Made by a program: the position numbers and the translations under genes. The notes under the pieces were generated by a model, which saw only the letters and a program-made list of their open reading frames with translations, was not told the DNA's origin and did no database searches. Of a DNA stretch of 64,000 bases, positions 43,823 through 52,224 are shown one piece after another; position 1 is the stretch's first letter, and each line of letters starts with the position of its first letter. The stretch lies in contig JAZRIQ010000039.1 of NCBI GenBank assembly GCA_045645405.1, positions 374 to 64,373 on the forward strand, read 5' to 3'. This DNA is from Eubacteriales bacterium. GTDB lineage: Bacteria > Bacillota > Clostridia > Oscillospirales > CAG-272.

Positions 43823-45514
43823 TTATTTAGATAGCTTTTCAAGTAAGCCTTCGCAGAATGAGGCAACCTCGGTAAGAGCGCCCTTTTCAAACGGGGATTT
43901 AAGTCCTGCCAATTTTACAAGGTCGGTAAAGCCGTAATTACCTGTGCGCTTTGCGTGGGCAATATAGGTTTTCAAGGCGCTGTCATAGTCCTCAAGGCTT
44001 AATTTCAAAAATTCGAATGCGATAGTTTGAGCAAGGCAATAGTCAATATAGTAGAAGGGGCTTTGGAAAATGTGGTTCTGATACTGCCATCTTGTTCCTT
44101 CTTCAATATATTCAATGCCGTCTGCGTTCATCCAAGGGCGGAATTTTCCCTCAAGCTCAAGCCATACCTCTTTTCTTTGTGCAGGGGTAAGCTCGGGGTT
44201 TTCGTAAATTATTTCCTGGAAATAGTCAACTATTGTGCCGTAGGGGATAAATGCAAGGGCGGAGAACAGGTGCTTATATTTGTATGCGTCGGCTTGGTCG
44301 CCAAAGAATTTGTCAATATATTTCCAAGCGAAAAACTCCATGCTCATTGAGTGAGTTTCCGCAGTTTCCATTCCGCCAAGCTGTAATTCAGGCTCCATAT
44401 CCTGCGCGCCAACGTAGTATGCAAATGCGTGACCCGCCTCGTGAGTGATTACGTCAACGTCTGCGGTTGTACCGTTAAAGTTAGCAAAAATGAAGGGCTG
44501 CTTATAAAGTGGGAAGAAGGTCATATATCCGCCTGTCCACTTACCCTCTCTCGGAAGAACGTCAAAGGCGTCGGAATCAAACATCATATCAATAAATTCC
44601 GCGGTTTCCTTTGACATTTCGCGGTACATTTGTCTGCCTGCCTCTAAAATGCCCTGTGCGTCTAAAATCGGCTTAGGGTCATTATTTGAGTAGGTTGCGT
44701 CGTCATAAACCTTCATTTCATCAATGCCGAGCTTTGTAGCAATAGCCTCTTTTAAGCGGCACACCACAGGAACGATATCCTTTAGCACGTTTTCGCGGAA
44801 AACGGATACCATTTCCTTGTCGTAGCAGGTTCTTTGCATAATGTTGTAACCGAGGTCAACGTAGTTCTTGTATCCAAGCTTTTTAGCCATTTTGTCACGG
44901 TTTTTAACCATTTTATCAAAGATAGTATCGATAAATTCGCTATTTGCCTTCAGTGTTTTACCAAGAGCGTTTGTTGCCTCTTTTCTTGTTTCTCTGTCGT
45001 TATCCTGAATATATTTGCGAAGAACGCCAAGAGTAACCTTTTCGCCTCTGAAATCGTAGGTAAGCTCGGAAACGAATTTGCCGTATTCGGTAGTCAGCTT
45101 GTTTTCCTCTTGCATTTCAGAAAGAATTCTTTCGTCGGCAGTTTTTAAGGAAAGCTCCATCATAGTAATTACAAGGGGATTAAGCTCTTTTTTTGCTTCC
45201 TCTAAATATGGAGAAGCCAAAAATGCTTTTGAAAATTTTATATCGTACATCTGAATTTCCGGCAGGGCAGCGTTGTAATAGTCCATTTCTGCGCTGTAAA
45301 ACTCGTCACGACTGTTAAGATTTAAGCGAGTGTGGGCAAGGCGCACCATTGTGCCAAGAGTTTCGCCGTCCTTGTTATATTCCTCTCTTGCGGAAAGTAT
45401 ATCCTTACAGCAGGTGGCGTTTTCTACCATATTTAAGTATTTTTCAATTGAGGAAATTACGTCCTCCTTTAGGACGCGCTTGTATTCCATATCTTTGATT
45501 TTTACGTAGCTCAT
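43823..45514 (-). CDS. M3 family oligoendopeptidase (PepF-like)
   Basis: 563-aa ORF with the zinc motif HEAGHAF and a downstream E. Confidence 0.85.
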   Translation of the reverse strand: MSYVKIKDMEYKRVLKEDVISSIEKYLNMVENATCCKDILSAREEYNKDGETLGTMVRLAHTRLNLNSRDEFYSAEMDYYNAALPEIQMYDIKFSKAFLASPYLEEAKKELNPLVITMMELSLKTADERILSEMQEENKLTTEYGKFVSELTYDFRGEKVTLGVLRKYIQDNDRETRKEATNALGKTLKANSEFIDTIFDKMVKNRDKMAKKLGYKNYVDLGYNIMQRTCYDKEMVSVFRENVLKDIVPVVCRLKEAIATKLGIDEMKVYDDATYSNNDPKPILDAQGILEAGRQMYREMSKETAEFIDMMFDSDAFDVLPREGKWTGGYMTFFPLYKQPFIFANFNGTTADVDVITHEAGHAFAYYVGAQDMEPELQLGGMETAETHSMSMEFFAWKYIDKFFGDQADAYKYKHLFSALAFIPYGTIVDYFQEIIYENPELTPAQRKEVWLELEGKFRPWMNADGIEYIEEGTRWQYQNHIFQSPFYYIDYCLAQTIAFEFLKLSLEDYDSALKTYIAHAKRTGNYGFTDLVKLAGLKSPFEKGALTEVASFCEGLLEKLSK

Positions 45515-45574
45515 AATATCACCTCGATAAATATTCTATACAAAATAATACCATATATTCTAAATAAAGTCAAC

Positions 45575-45602
45575 AAAAAACCGTTGCAGGGCAACGGTTT
45601 TT
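45575..45602 (-). terminator. rho-independent terminator of mscL
   Basis: Stem aaccgttgc/gcaacggtt followed by T6 on the minus strand. Confidence 0.75.
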
Positions 45603-45606
45603 GAAT

Positions 45607-46215
45607 TTATTTGTTTTCTAAAAGCACTACAATCTTTTTGAGTAAATCCTCTGTTGTTGGATTTGCCTCTCTTTCAAGACGGGCAGCCTCGGCAGCCTCT
45701 TCTTCAGCCTTTGATTTTTCATAAGCTTCCTTTTCAGCCTTTGCGTCAAGGTAAGCAGCTACTGCATTCTTGTCGCGGAGTGAAATGCCTTGAGCTTTGA
45801 TTTCCTTCTTTAAATCCTTTGAAAGGCGCTTGCCTCTTGCCTCTTGGTTTTCTTCCTTAAACTTGTTGACTGTCTTAACGATAAGGAATAGAACAAATGC
45901 GGTGATTAAGAAGTTGATAATTGCGTTAATGAGTGAGCCCCAATCAATGTAGATTGAGTTAGCAAGGTCAATAACATCTGTTGTCGCACCGTTTTCGTCA
46001 AGCACGTACGCCTTCGTTAAGAAAGTAAATACCTCACTTAAAGCGTTTTTGCCCAAAATAAGTGCCAAGAACCAGTTGATGATTGGTTTAAGAACGAAAT
46101 TACTCATTCCGTTTACGATAGCGGTGAATGCTCCGCCGACGATAACACCGACAGCCATGTCGAGAACGTTACCACGGGTGATAAATTTTTTAAATTCTCC
46201 AAAAAACTTTTTCAT
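45607..46215 (-). CDS. mscL: Large-conductance mechanosensitive channel with extended loop and Lys/Glu/Ala-rich C-terminal region
   Basis: Start set at the ATG at 46215 (AAGGAGAG RBS). The N-terminus FKKFITRGNVLDMAVGVIVGGAFTAIV is the MscL signature. 202 aa, compared with about 130-150 aa typically. Confidence 0.85.
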   Translation of the reverse strand: MKKFFGEFKKFITRGNVLDMAVGVIVGGAFTAIVNGMSNFVLKPIINWFLALILGKNALSEVFTFLTKAYVLDENGATTDVIDLANSIYIDWGSLINAIINFLITAFVLFLIVKTVNKFKEENQEARGKRLSKDLKKEIKAQGISLRDKNAVAAYLDAKAEKEAYEKSKAEEEAAEAARLEREANPTTEDLLKKIVVLLENK

Positions 46216-46273
46216 TTTTACTCTCCTTGATTTTTGCTTGGTAGCTTTATTATACATTCGGAAATATATTTTG

Positions 46274-47536
46274 TCAAGGGGTAGCGTTATTTGTTGTTTT
46301 TAAGAATTTGGTATATTTGTTAAATGCAAGAATACAGAATAAAACGCCGAAAACGCACACGCCTATCCAGGAAACGATAGCACCGCTCCAGCCGAAGGCA
46401 TTGGACAGCAGGGCTATTCCATACATAGAAACCGCCGCGCCTATGTAGGTGCAGGCATTACAGCAACCGCTAACGGTTGAGGCTCTGCCTGTTTTTGCAA
46501 ATCTGCCCGGCACGCAGGAGATAAGCAGGAAGTTGCAGGAGTGCATAAATGCGCATACAATGCAAGCAAGAAGCAAGCATATTATTCTGCAAACGGCGTT
46601 ATTTACGTTGATAAGAAACAGTAGCGGAATGCAAAGAGCAATTGAGGTGGCAAAAAGTATGCCCGCTCCTCTTGCTTCGTTATTGAACACCTTGCCCTTG
46701 TGAATTACTCTTACTGCAAAAAGGCTGATAATTGAGAAAACAGGCAATGCAACCGAAACCAGAATTGAGCTTTCGCTCGTTTGGTTAAATACGTCGCTGT
46801 AAAGCGTTGGAAGCCAGCTTTCGATACCGTCACGCATAAAGCCCATGGCTATTATGGCAACGAATATTGGCAAAACGCCGTTTTGTGTAAAGATATGATA
46901 TATAGACTGTGATGCATCGCTCTTTGCGGTTTTTGCAAGGAGTGTGTCTGATTTTTCGCTGTTTTTCGGCAAAATCATACACATAGCGCCAAGGAATACA
47001 GCGCCTGCTATAATGCAGAACACGGTAGAGGTGAAGAATACTGCTTTCCAAGACATAACAGAGATACAAAGAGGCGCGTATAAATAAAGGACTATCGTAG
47101 ATACGTGAGCGCCGCAGGTAACTACCAAATTGGCGGTAACGTATTTTTCGTGGGAAAGGTTATCGGACAGAATACGCACAATAGGCGGCCATAAAAGCGC
47201 TTGGGCAAAACCGTTTACTGCCCAGACGGGTATCATAAAATATCCCGACGGCATAAGAGGCAAAAGCATATTGCAAACCGCTGATACCATAAGACCTGAA
47301 AACATAAGGTATTTAGGCTGCAATTTATCTCCAAGATAGCCGCTTAAAAGCTGACCTGCGCCGTAGAAAATGAAAAGCGCCGTACCTATAAGTCCCGCCA
47401 CGTCCTTGGTAAGCACGTCGGTTTCAAGCATATTAACCATTACAACCGAAAAGGTTTTTCTTGAAAAATAGCTTGCAAAATAAGCAAGTGTACACAAAAA
47501 TATTATTCCGTTTTTGGAATATTTGGTTTTTTCCAA
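46274..47536 (-). CDS. MFS transporter (GlpT/UhpC-like organophosphate:Pi antiporter family)
   Basis: 420-aa, 12-TM ORF with a TTG start and GGAG RBS. YFSRKTFSVV..GQLLSGYLGDKLQPK resembles the OPA family. Confidence 0.7.
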   Translation of the reverse strand: MEKTKYSKNGIIFLCTLAYFASYFSRKTFSVVMVNMLETDVLTKDVAGLIGTALFIFYGAGQLLSGYLGDKLQPKYLMFSGLMVSAVCNMLLPLMPSGYFMIPVWAVNGFAQALLWPPIVRILSDNLSHEKYVTANLVVTCGAHVSTIVLYLYAPLCISVMSWKAVFFTSTVFCIIAGAVFLGAMCMILPKNSEKSDTLLAKTAKSDASQSIYHIFTQNGVLPIFVAIIAMGFMRDGIESWLPTLYSDVFNQTSESSILVSVALPVFSIISLFAVRVIHKGKVFNNEARGAGILFATSIALCIPLLFLINVNNAVCRIICLLLACIVCAFMHSCNFLLISCVPGRFAKTGRASTVSGCCNACTYIGAAVSMYGIALLSNAFGWSGAIVSWIGVCVFGVLFCILAFNKYTKFLKTTNNATP

Positions 47537-47666
47537 TTATATCATCTCCGTAAGAAAAATTAAGGCTCCGAAAGAGCCTTTGTTGCTTTAAATTCAGTTC
47601 GTTTCATAGCATAGCACAAATGCTTATGAAAATCAAGTATTAAATAAAATCTTTTATTGTAAGGTA

Positions 47667-47695
47667 TTGAATAAGGCTTTTTTGTATGATAAAAT
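47667..47695 (+). promoter_or_regulatory. sigma-70 promoter of the EEP gene
   Basis: TTGAAT, 17 nt ending in TGA, then TAAAAT. Confidence 0.5.
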
Positions 47696-47740
47696 AAAAA
47701 CAGAAAATATATCTGCGTATATCTGCGGGGGAAAACGTCT

Positions 47741-48442
47741 ATGAAAATAATGAGCTTTAACACACAGCATTGCTTAAATTTCTTGGAGCAAAAAATAGAT
47801 TACGATATAATGGCAAAGGCAATTTTAAAGGTAGGGGCGGACATTGTAGGTCTTAACGAAATGTTTGACGGCGGTGAAAACACAGCCTACGGGTATCAAA
47901 CGAAAACACTCTCACAGCTTACAGGACTTGAAAATTGGTATTTTGCAAGAGCTATTATGGATAGAGACGGACCCTACGGAAACGGATTTTTAACAAGATT
48001 TCCCGTAAAGAGCTTTGAAACCGTCACAATTCCCGATCCAAATCCCAGAAGATTTGAGGGTGGCTATTACGAAACGAGATGTCTTTTAAAGGCAGAGCTT
48101 GAAAACGGACTTTTGGTGCTTGTTACACACTTTGGACTTTGCCGGGACGAGCAGGAAAATGCGGTAAAGACCGTTCTTGAAAACATAAGAGACGAAAAAT
48201 GTATTCTTATGGGTGATTTCAATGTCGAGCCGTCAAACGAGCTATTAGCGCCCATAAGAGCTAAAATGAAAGACACGTCCTACGGCTTTTGCGAAAATAA
48301 GCCCAGCTTTCCGTCGGATAACCCGAGAATAAAGATTGACTATATTTTCGTAAGCAAGGATATTGAGGTTCAAGAAGCGGACGTGTGCGAAATTATTGCG
48401 TCTGACCATAGACCTTACGTGGCAAAAATAGATTTTAAATAA
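47741..48442 (+). CDS. Endonuclease/exonuclease/phosphatase (EEP) family protein
   Basis: 233-aa ORF with the EEP pattern (MSFNTQH..GLNE..GDFN..SDHRP). Confidence 0.8.
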   Translation: MKIMSFNTQHCLNFLEQKIDYDIMAKAILKVGADIVGLNEMFDGGENTAYGYQTKTLSQLTGLENWYFARAIMDRDGPYGNGFLTRFPVKSFETVTIPDPNPRRFEGGYYETRCLLKAELENGLLVLVTHFGLCRDEQENAVKTVLENIRDEKCILMGDFNVEPSNELLAPIRAKMKDTSYGFCENKPSFPSDNPRIKIDYIFVSKDIEVQEADVCEIIASDHRPYVAKIDFK

Positions 48443-48444
48443 AC

Positions 48445-48477
48445 AAAAACCGTTTGCATTATTTGCAAACGGTTTTC
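48445..48477. terminator. bidirectional terminator
   Basis: 13-bp stem aaaaccgtttgca/tgcaaacggtttt between convergent genes. Confidence 0.75.
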
Positions 48478-48489
48478 TTATATAAAACT

Positions 48490-49281
48490 TTATTTTTTCG
48501 ATTTCTTTGCTTGTATGTAAAAATATGTGTAGTAGAAAATTACTACGTAAGCCACGAAAATGCCTACAACCAAAAGAGGATAGAATACAGGGCTGCCACC
48601 TACCATATTGTAAAAAATACTGTACGGTGTACCGTCGTGATACATTAAGAACATATAATTGTAGTCAAGAATTATATTCGCTACGTACGCCAAAACTGAA
48701 AACGAGCCTAAAATTCCCAAAGTTACAGGCAAATTTTTCTTTTTAAGGCTTATCATACCTGAAAATGCTATGTAAAGTGAGGCAAAGCCTGAAATTGAGT
48801 GAGTTATGCCCGAAAATACGTTATCCATTGACAAAACAGGATATGCGCTGTAATTTTGAGTTGCGCCTATCGTGCCGAATATTGCGCCTAAAATACCGAA
48901 GGTAAGAACGAAATCGAGACACGCTTCCTTTACTCTGCCTTTGCAAAAAGCAGCCATTGGGATAGCTATAAGCTGAATGCTGCATAGGAAGAGAGGCAAA
49001 ACGTAGAGCCATTTAAACGGATCCTGCGATCTTATGCAAAGAACGATGATTTTTACGATTTCAAAGCCGTCTATTAAAAAAGCCGAAACGATAAGAGCTT
49101 TGTTTTTTTGAGTAGCGTCCTTATCCCTGTTTCTTTTTCCAAAAAATACGGCAAGAGCAATCATAGCTATGATTAACAGCGAAACAAAGGTGATATGCTG
49201 CCAGGACCAAGCGCCCTCAGCCTCACGAATAAAGTGAAACTCTCCGTCACTAAATTTCTTTAGACCGAAAAATTCTAACAT
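48490..49281 (-). CDS. YwaF/TIGR02206-like polytopic membrane protein (paralog 1)
   Basis: 263-aa ORF with about 7 TM helices. The N-terminal GAWSWQHI motif is shared with the protein at 60420..61154. Confidence 0.55.
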   Translation of the reverse strand: MLEFFGLKKFSDGEFHFIREAEGAWSWQHITFVSLLIIAMIALAVFFGKRNRDKDATQKNKALIVSAFLIDGFEIVKIIVLCIRSQDPFKWLYVLPLFLCSIQLIAIPMAAFCKGRVKEACLDFVLTFGILGAIFGTIGATQNYSAYPVLSMDNVFSGITHSISGFASLYIAFSGMISLKKKNLPVTLGILGSFSVLAYVANIILDYNYMFLMYHDGTPYSIFYNMVGGSPVFYPLLVVGIFVAYVVIFYYTYFYIQAKKSKK

Positions 49282-49417
49282 AAAAATCCCTTTCTACAAA
49301 AATTGACATTCTTGTTACTGGCAAATTGTATCACAAAAAAGTTTTTTTGTATATAGTTTCTTAAAAAAATTAACAATTAAGACACAAATAACAAAAGGTT
49401 CAAAGCTTGGTGTTATA

Positions 49418-49446
49418 TTGACATTTTAAAGGAGTAATGGTAAAAT
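49418..49446 (+). promoter_or_regulatory. sigma-70 promoter of the amidohydrolase-GH27 operon
   Basis: TTGACA, 17 nt ending in TGG, then TAAAAT. Confidence 0.6.
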
Positions 49447-49476
49447 TAAATAAAAAAGAAATACGAGGTTATAAAT

Positions 49477-50589
49477 ATGGCTAAATATTTAGAGGTACCG
49501 TTTCCAACGGTGAAAAATCCCTTTGACGGGCATATACATATACACAGATGGCGTGACGAAAACAGCGGTGAGCTTTATATACACGGTCTTGAGGAATACA
49601 GGCGTGTTTGCGGACTTAAATATATTGCTCTTGCATCCTTACCATCAGGAAATCCCATTCCCGCACCAAGGGACGTGAGCAACAATATAATGTGCGCATT
49701 TTACAAGCTGGCAAATAAGGATACCTTTGCTTACGGCGGCTTCATTTATCCCACGTATCCTGCAAATAAAGAGTGTATGGAGAATATGTCTTTAGTTACA
49801 CAGCTTGATGAGTTGAAGGAGATTGGCTTTGACGGAGTTAAAATGCTTGAGGGAAAGCCAAATCTTTACGCTAAGGTTGGCGTGCCTCTTGATAGCGACT
49901 TTTTTGACGGTGCTTTTGAAAAAATGGAGAGGGAAGGCACTTATCTTCTTATGCACGCTATTGACCCTGAATGCTTCTGGACTGACGATAACGAGGAAAA
50001 CGTTAAAAAGGGCTGGTTCTACGGTGATAGCAGTAAGTTTCCCACAAACGAGGATTTGTACAGTCAAGTAGATAACGTATTAAAAAAGCATCCGAAGCTT
50101 AATTTGTGCCTTGCGCATTTCTTCTTCTGCTCGCAAAAGCCCGAAAAGCTTGATAAAATGCTTGATACCTATAAGAATTTGTCAATAGACGTTACTCCGG
50201 GTGGAGAAATGTACGTTGGCTTTGACAAAAGACCCGAATATTTCAAGGAATTTTTCAAAAAGCATCAGGACAGAATTATTTTCGGAACTGATATGGATTT
50301 TACGCCTTTTCTTGAAGCGGGAATTTGGTTATGTGACAGAGAGTATCGCTATTTCGCTACTGATGAGACACTTTCGTCCTTCGATAACCACGAAATAAAG
50401 GGCGTTAAAATGAGTGACGAAATAGTTCAGAAAATTTTCTCTGACAACCTTTTGAACAAGCTGGGCGGAAAACCGAAGGAAATAAATAAGGAAGCGCTTA
50501 AGCGTTATATTGAAAAATATAAGCATTTAATTGCAGACAAGGAGCTTGCTTGCTACATAGACGAGCTTGCAGACGAGTATTTAAAATGA
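49477..50589 (+). CDS. Amidohydrolase-fold protein (paralog B)
   Basis: 370-aa ORF, collinear with 41357..42436 (GFDGVKMLEGKPN, LAHFFFCSQ, IIFGTDMDF, and the C-terminal INKEALKRYIEKYKHLI). Confidence 0.7.
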   Translation: MAKYLEVPFPTVKNPFDGHIHIHRWRDENSGELYIHGLEEYRRVCGLKYIALASLPSGNPIPAPRDVSNNIMCAFYKLANKDTFAYGGFIYPTYPANKECMENMSLVTQLDELKEIGFDGVKMLEGKPNLYAKVGVPLDSDFFDGAFEKMEREGTYLLMHAIDPECFWTDDNEENVKKGWFYGDSSKFPTNEDLYSQVDNVLKKHPKLNLCLAHFFFCSQKPEKLDKMLDTYKNLSIDVTPGGEMYVGFDKRPEYFKEFFKKHQDRIIFGTDMDFTPFLEAGIWLCDREYRYFATDETLSSFDNHEIKGVKMSDEIVQKIFSDNLLNKLGGKPKEINKEALKRYIEKYKHLIADKELACYIDELADEYLK

Positions 50590-52025
50590 AAACAAAAATC
50601 GCACAGGCAGCGCCCTTTGAGGGAACGCCTAAAATAAATATGCCCTCGATTATAGGGGCAAGCGGCGGCAAGCCGATTTTAATAAGAATTGCCGTTTCGG
50701 GCAAAAGACCTGTTAAGTATTCTGTTAAGTCATTGCCAAAGGGCTTGACTTTGAGGGAAAATATAATATCCGGCGTTATAGAAAATAACGGGGACTATGA
50801 AATCACAGTAGAGGCTGAAAACTCTCTTGGCAGAAGCGAGAAGAAAATCACCCTTGAAATTGCTGACCAAAACGTTTTGGTAACGCCTCTTATGGGCTTT
50901 ACTACCTGGAATGCCTTTGAAAGCCACGTGACGCAATCTGACGTTGAGGAAACTGCAAAAAAGCTTGTAGAGCTTGGCATTAGTGAATACGGATATTCCT
51001 ACGTCAATACGGACTCCGGCTGGCAGGGCGAATACGGCGGAGAATTTGATGCGGTAATGCCTAATGAAAAGTTTCCTGATATGAAAGAAATGACAGATAA
51101 AATCCACGCTTACGGCTTAAAATGCGGTATATATTCCACTCCTATGCTGACGGCGTGGGGCTGTCCTGATAATATGGAGTCAATTCCGGGCTGTACACAG
51201 GGAGAGGCGGATTGCCGCTTTACTGACCTGAATGGCGGAATCGGCGTAATTCGCAAGGAAAGAAACAATGCTCTTCAATGGGAAAAATGGGGCTTTGACT
51301 ACTTGAAATACGACTGGGCGCCTACCGATACTGTAAATGCGGAGTTTATGCGCAGGGAGCTTATCAAGCTTGACCGTGATTTCGGATTTTGCGTTACGGT
51401 ACGGGCAATGAAGGAATATTGGGGCTACTATTCAAAATACTGTAATTCTTACAGGTCGAATTCCGATACCTACGGTAATTGGGAAAATCTAAAAGAGGTT
51501 TATTACAGCTATTTTGATTTTATGGAGCATATATGCAAGGGACGTTATTTTGATCTTGATATGCTTGATTTCGGCACTTGCAGGCTCCGCACCTTGTGGA
51601 ATTGCCTGACTGATGACGAAATAGTTACGCAGTACACCATAAGGGCGTTTTTAAATTCCCCGATACAAATAAGCAGCACCCTTGAAAATGCTCGGGGCTT
51701 TGAGCTTTCCGTTTACTGTAACGAGGAGATTATAGCTATAAATCAGGACTGCGCCTTTAATACGTCCTTGCCTGTTTTAAGGATAAAGGAGAACGAAAGA
51801 GCCCTTGACGTGTTCGAAAAACAATTAGAGGACGGCTCTTACGCTTATGCATTTTTCAACCTCGGCGAAATCAAAGAGGATATGAAATTTGCGCTTGATA
51901 AAAACGCCTGCTTGCGAGATTTGTGGGCAAAGGAAAATATAGCTCATACAGCCACGGCTACTATCGAAATTTATCCTCACGCCACAAGAGTTATTAAGAC
52001 GGATAATAAGATTGATTTTAGCTGA
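50586..52025 (+). CDS. GH27-like alpha-galactosidase/alpha-N-acetylgalactosaminidase with an N-terminal Ig-like domain
   Basis: Start set at the ATG at 50586, overlapping the upstream stop (ATGA). TPLMGFTTWNAF, YVNTDSGWQ and FDYLKYDW resemble GH27 motifs. No signal peptide. Confidence 0.7.
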   Translation: MKTKIAQAAPFEGTPKINMPSIIGASGGKPILIRIAVSGKRPVKYSVKSLPKGLTLRENIISGVIENNGDYEITVEAENSLGRSEKKITLEIADQNVLVTPLMGFTTWNAFESHVTQSDVEETAKKLVELGISEYGYSYVNTDSGWQGEYGGEFDAVMPNEKFPDMKEMTDKIHAYGLKCGIYSTPMLTAWGCPDNMESIPGCTQGEADCRFTDLNGGIGVIRKERNNALQWEKWGFDYLKYDWAPTDTVNAEFMRRELIKLDRDFGFCVTVRAMKEYWGYYSKYCNSYRSNSDTYGNWENLKEVYYSYFDFMEHICKGRYFDLDMLDFGTCRLRTLWNCLTDDEIVTQYTIRAFLNSPIQISSTLENARGFELSVYCNEEIIAINQDCAFNTSLPVLRIKENERALDVFEKQLEDGSYAYAFFNLGEIKEDMKFALDKNACLRDLWAKENIAHTATATIEIYPHATRVIKTDNKIDFS

Positions 52026-52154
52026 TAGTGGTCGCACTCGTCGCAACAGCACTCAAAGCCTTGCTCGCCGTTTCCAAGACAAACGTCAGGATTTCCCGAC
52101 GTGAGCTCTATAGCACGTTTTTGTAAATTCTAAAGTTAACGCGGAAAAATTGAG

Positions 52155-52187
52155 AAAAGCCTCCCTTTACACAAGGGAGGCTTTGTT
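52155..52187. terminator. bidirectional terminator between GH27 and GH2
   Basis: 11-bp stem aagcctccctt/aagggaggctt with flanking A and T runs. Confidence 0.65.
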
Positions 52188-52224
52188 AGCCAATTACTGA
52201 CCTCTGGCGATCGGCAACTATCTT

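Noticed and set aside
46216-46257. A 14-codon upstream extension of mscL.
   Set aside because: The ATG at 46215 is preceded by AAGGAGAG at correct spacing and gives the canonical MscL N-terminus.
47555-47600. A hairpin (aaggctc/gagcctt plus T-run) in the leader of the MFS transporter gene as a possible riboswitch or attenuator.
   Set aside because: The leader is only about 70 nt with a single 7-bp stem, no alternative antiterminator and no conserved aptamer-like sequence. It is more likely a stabilising 5' hairpin.
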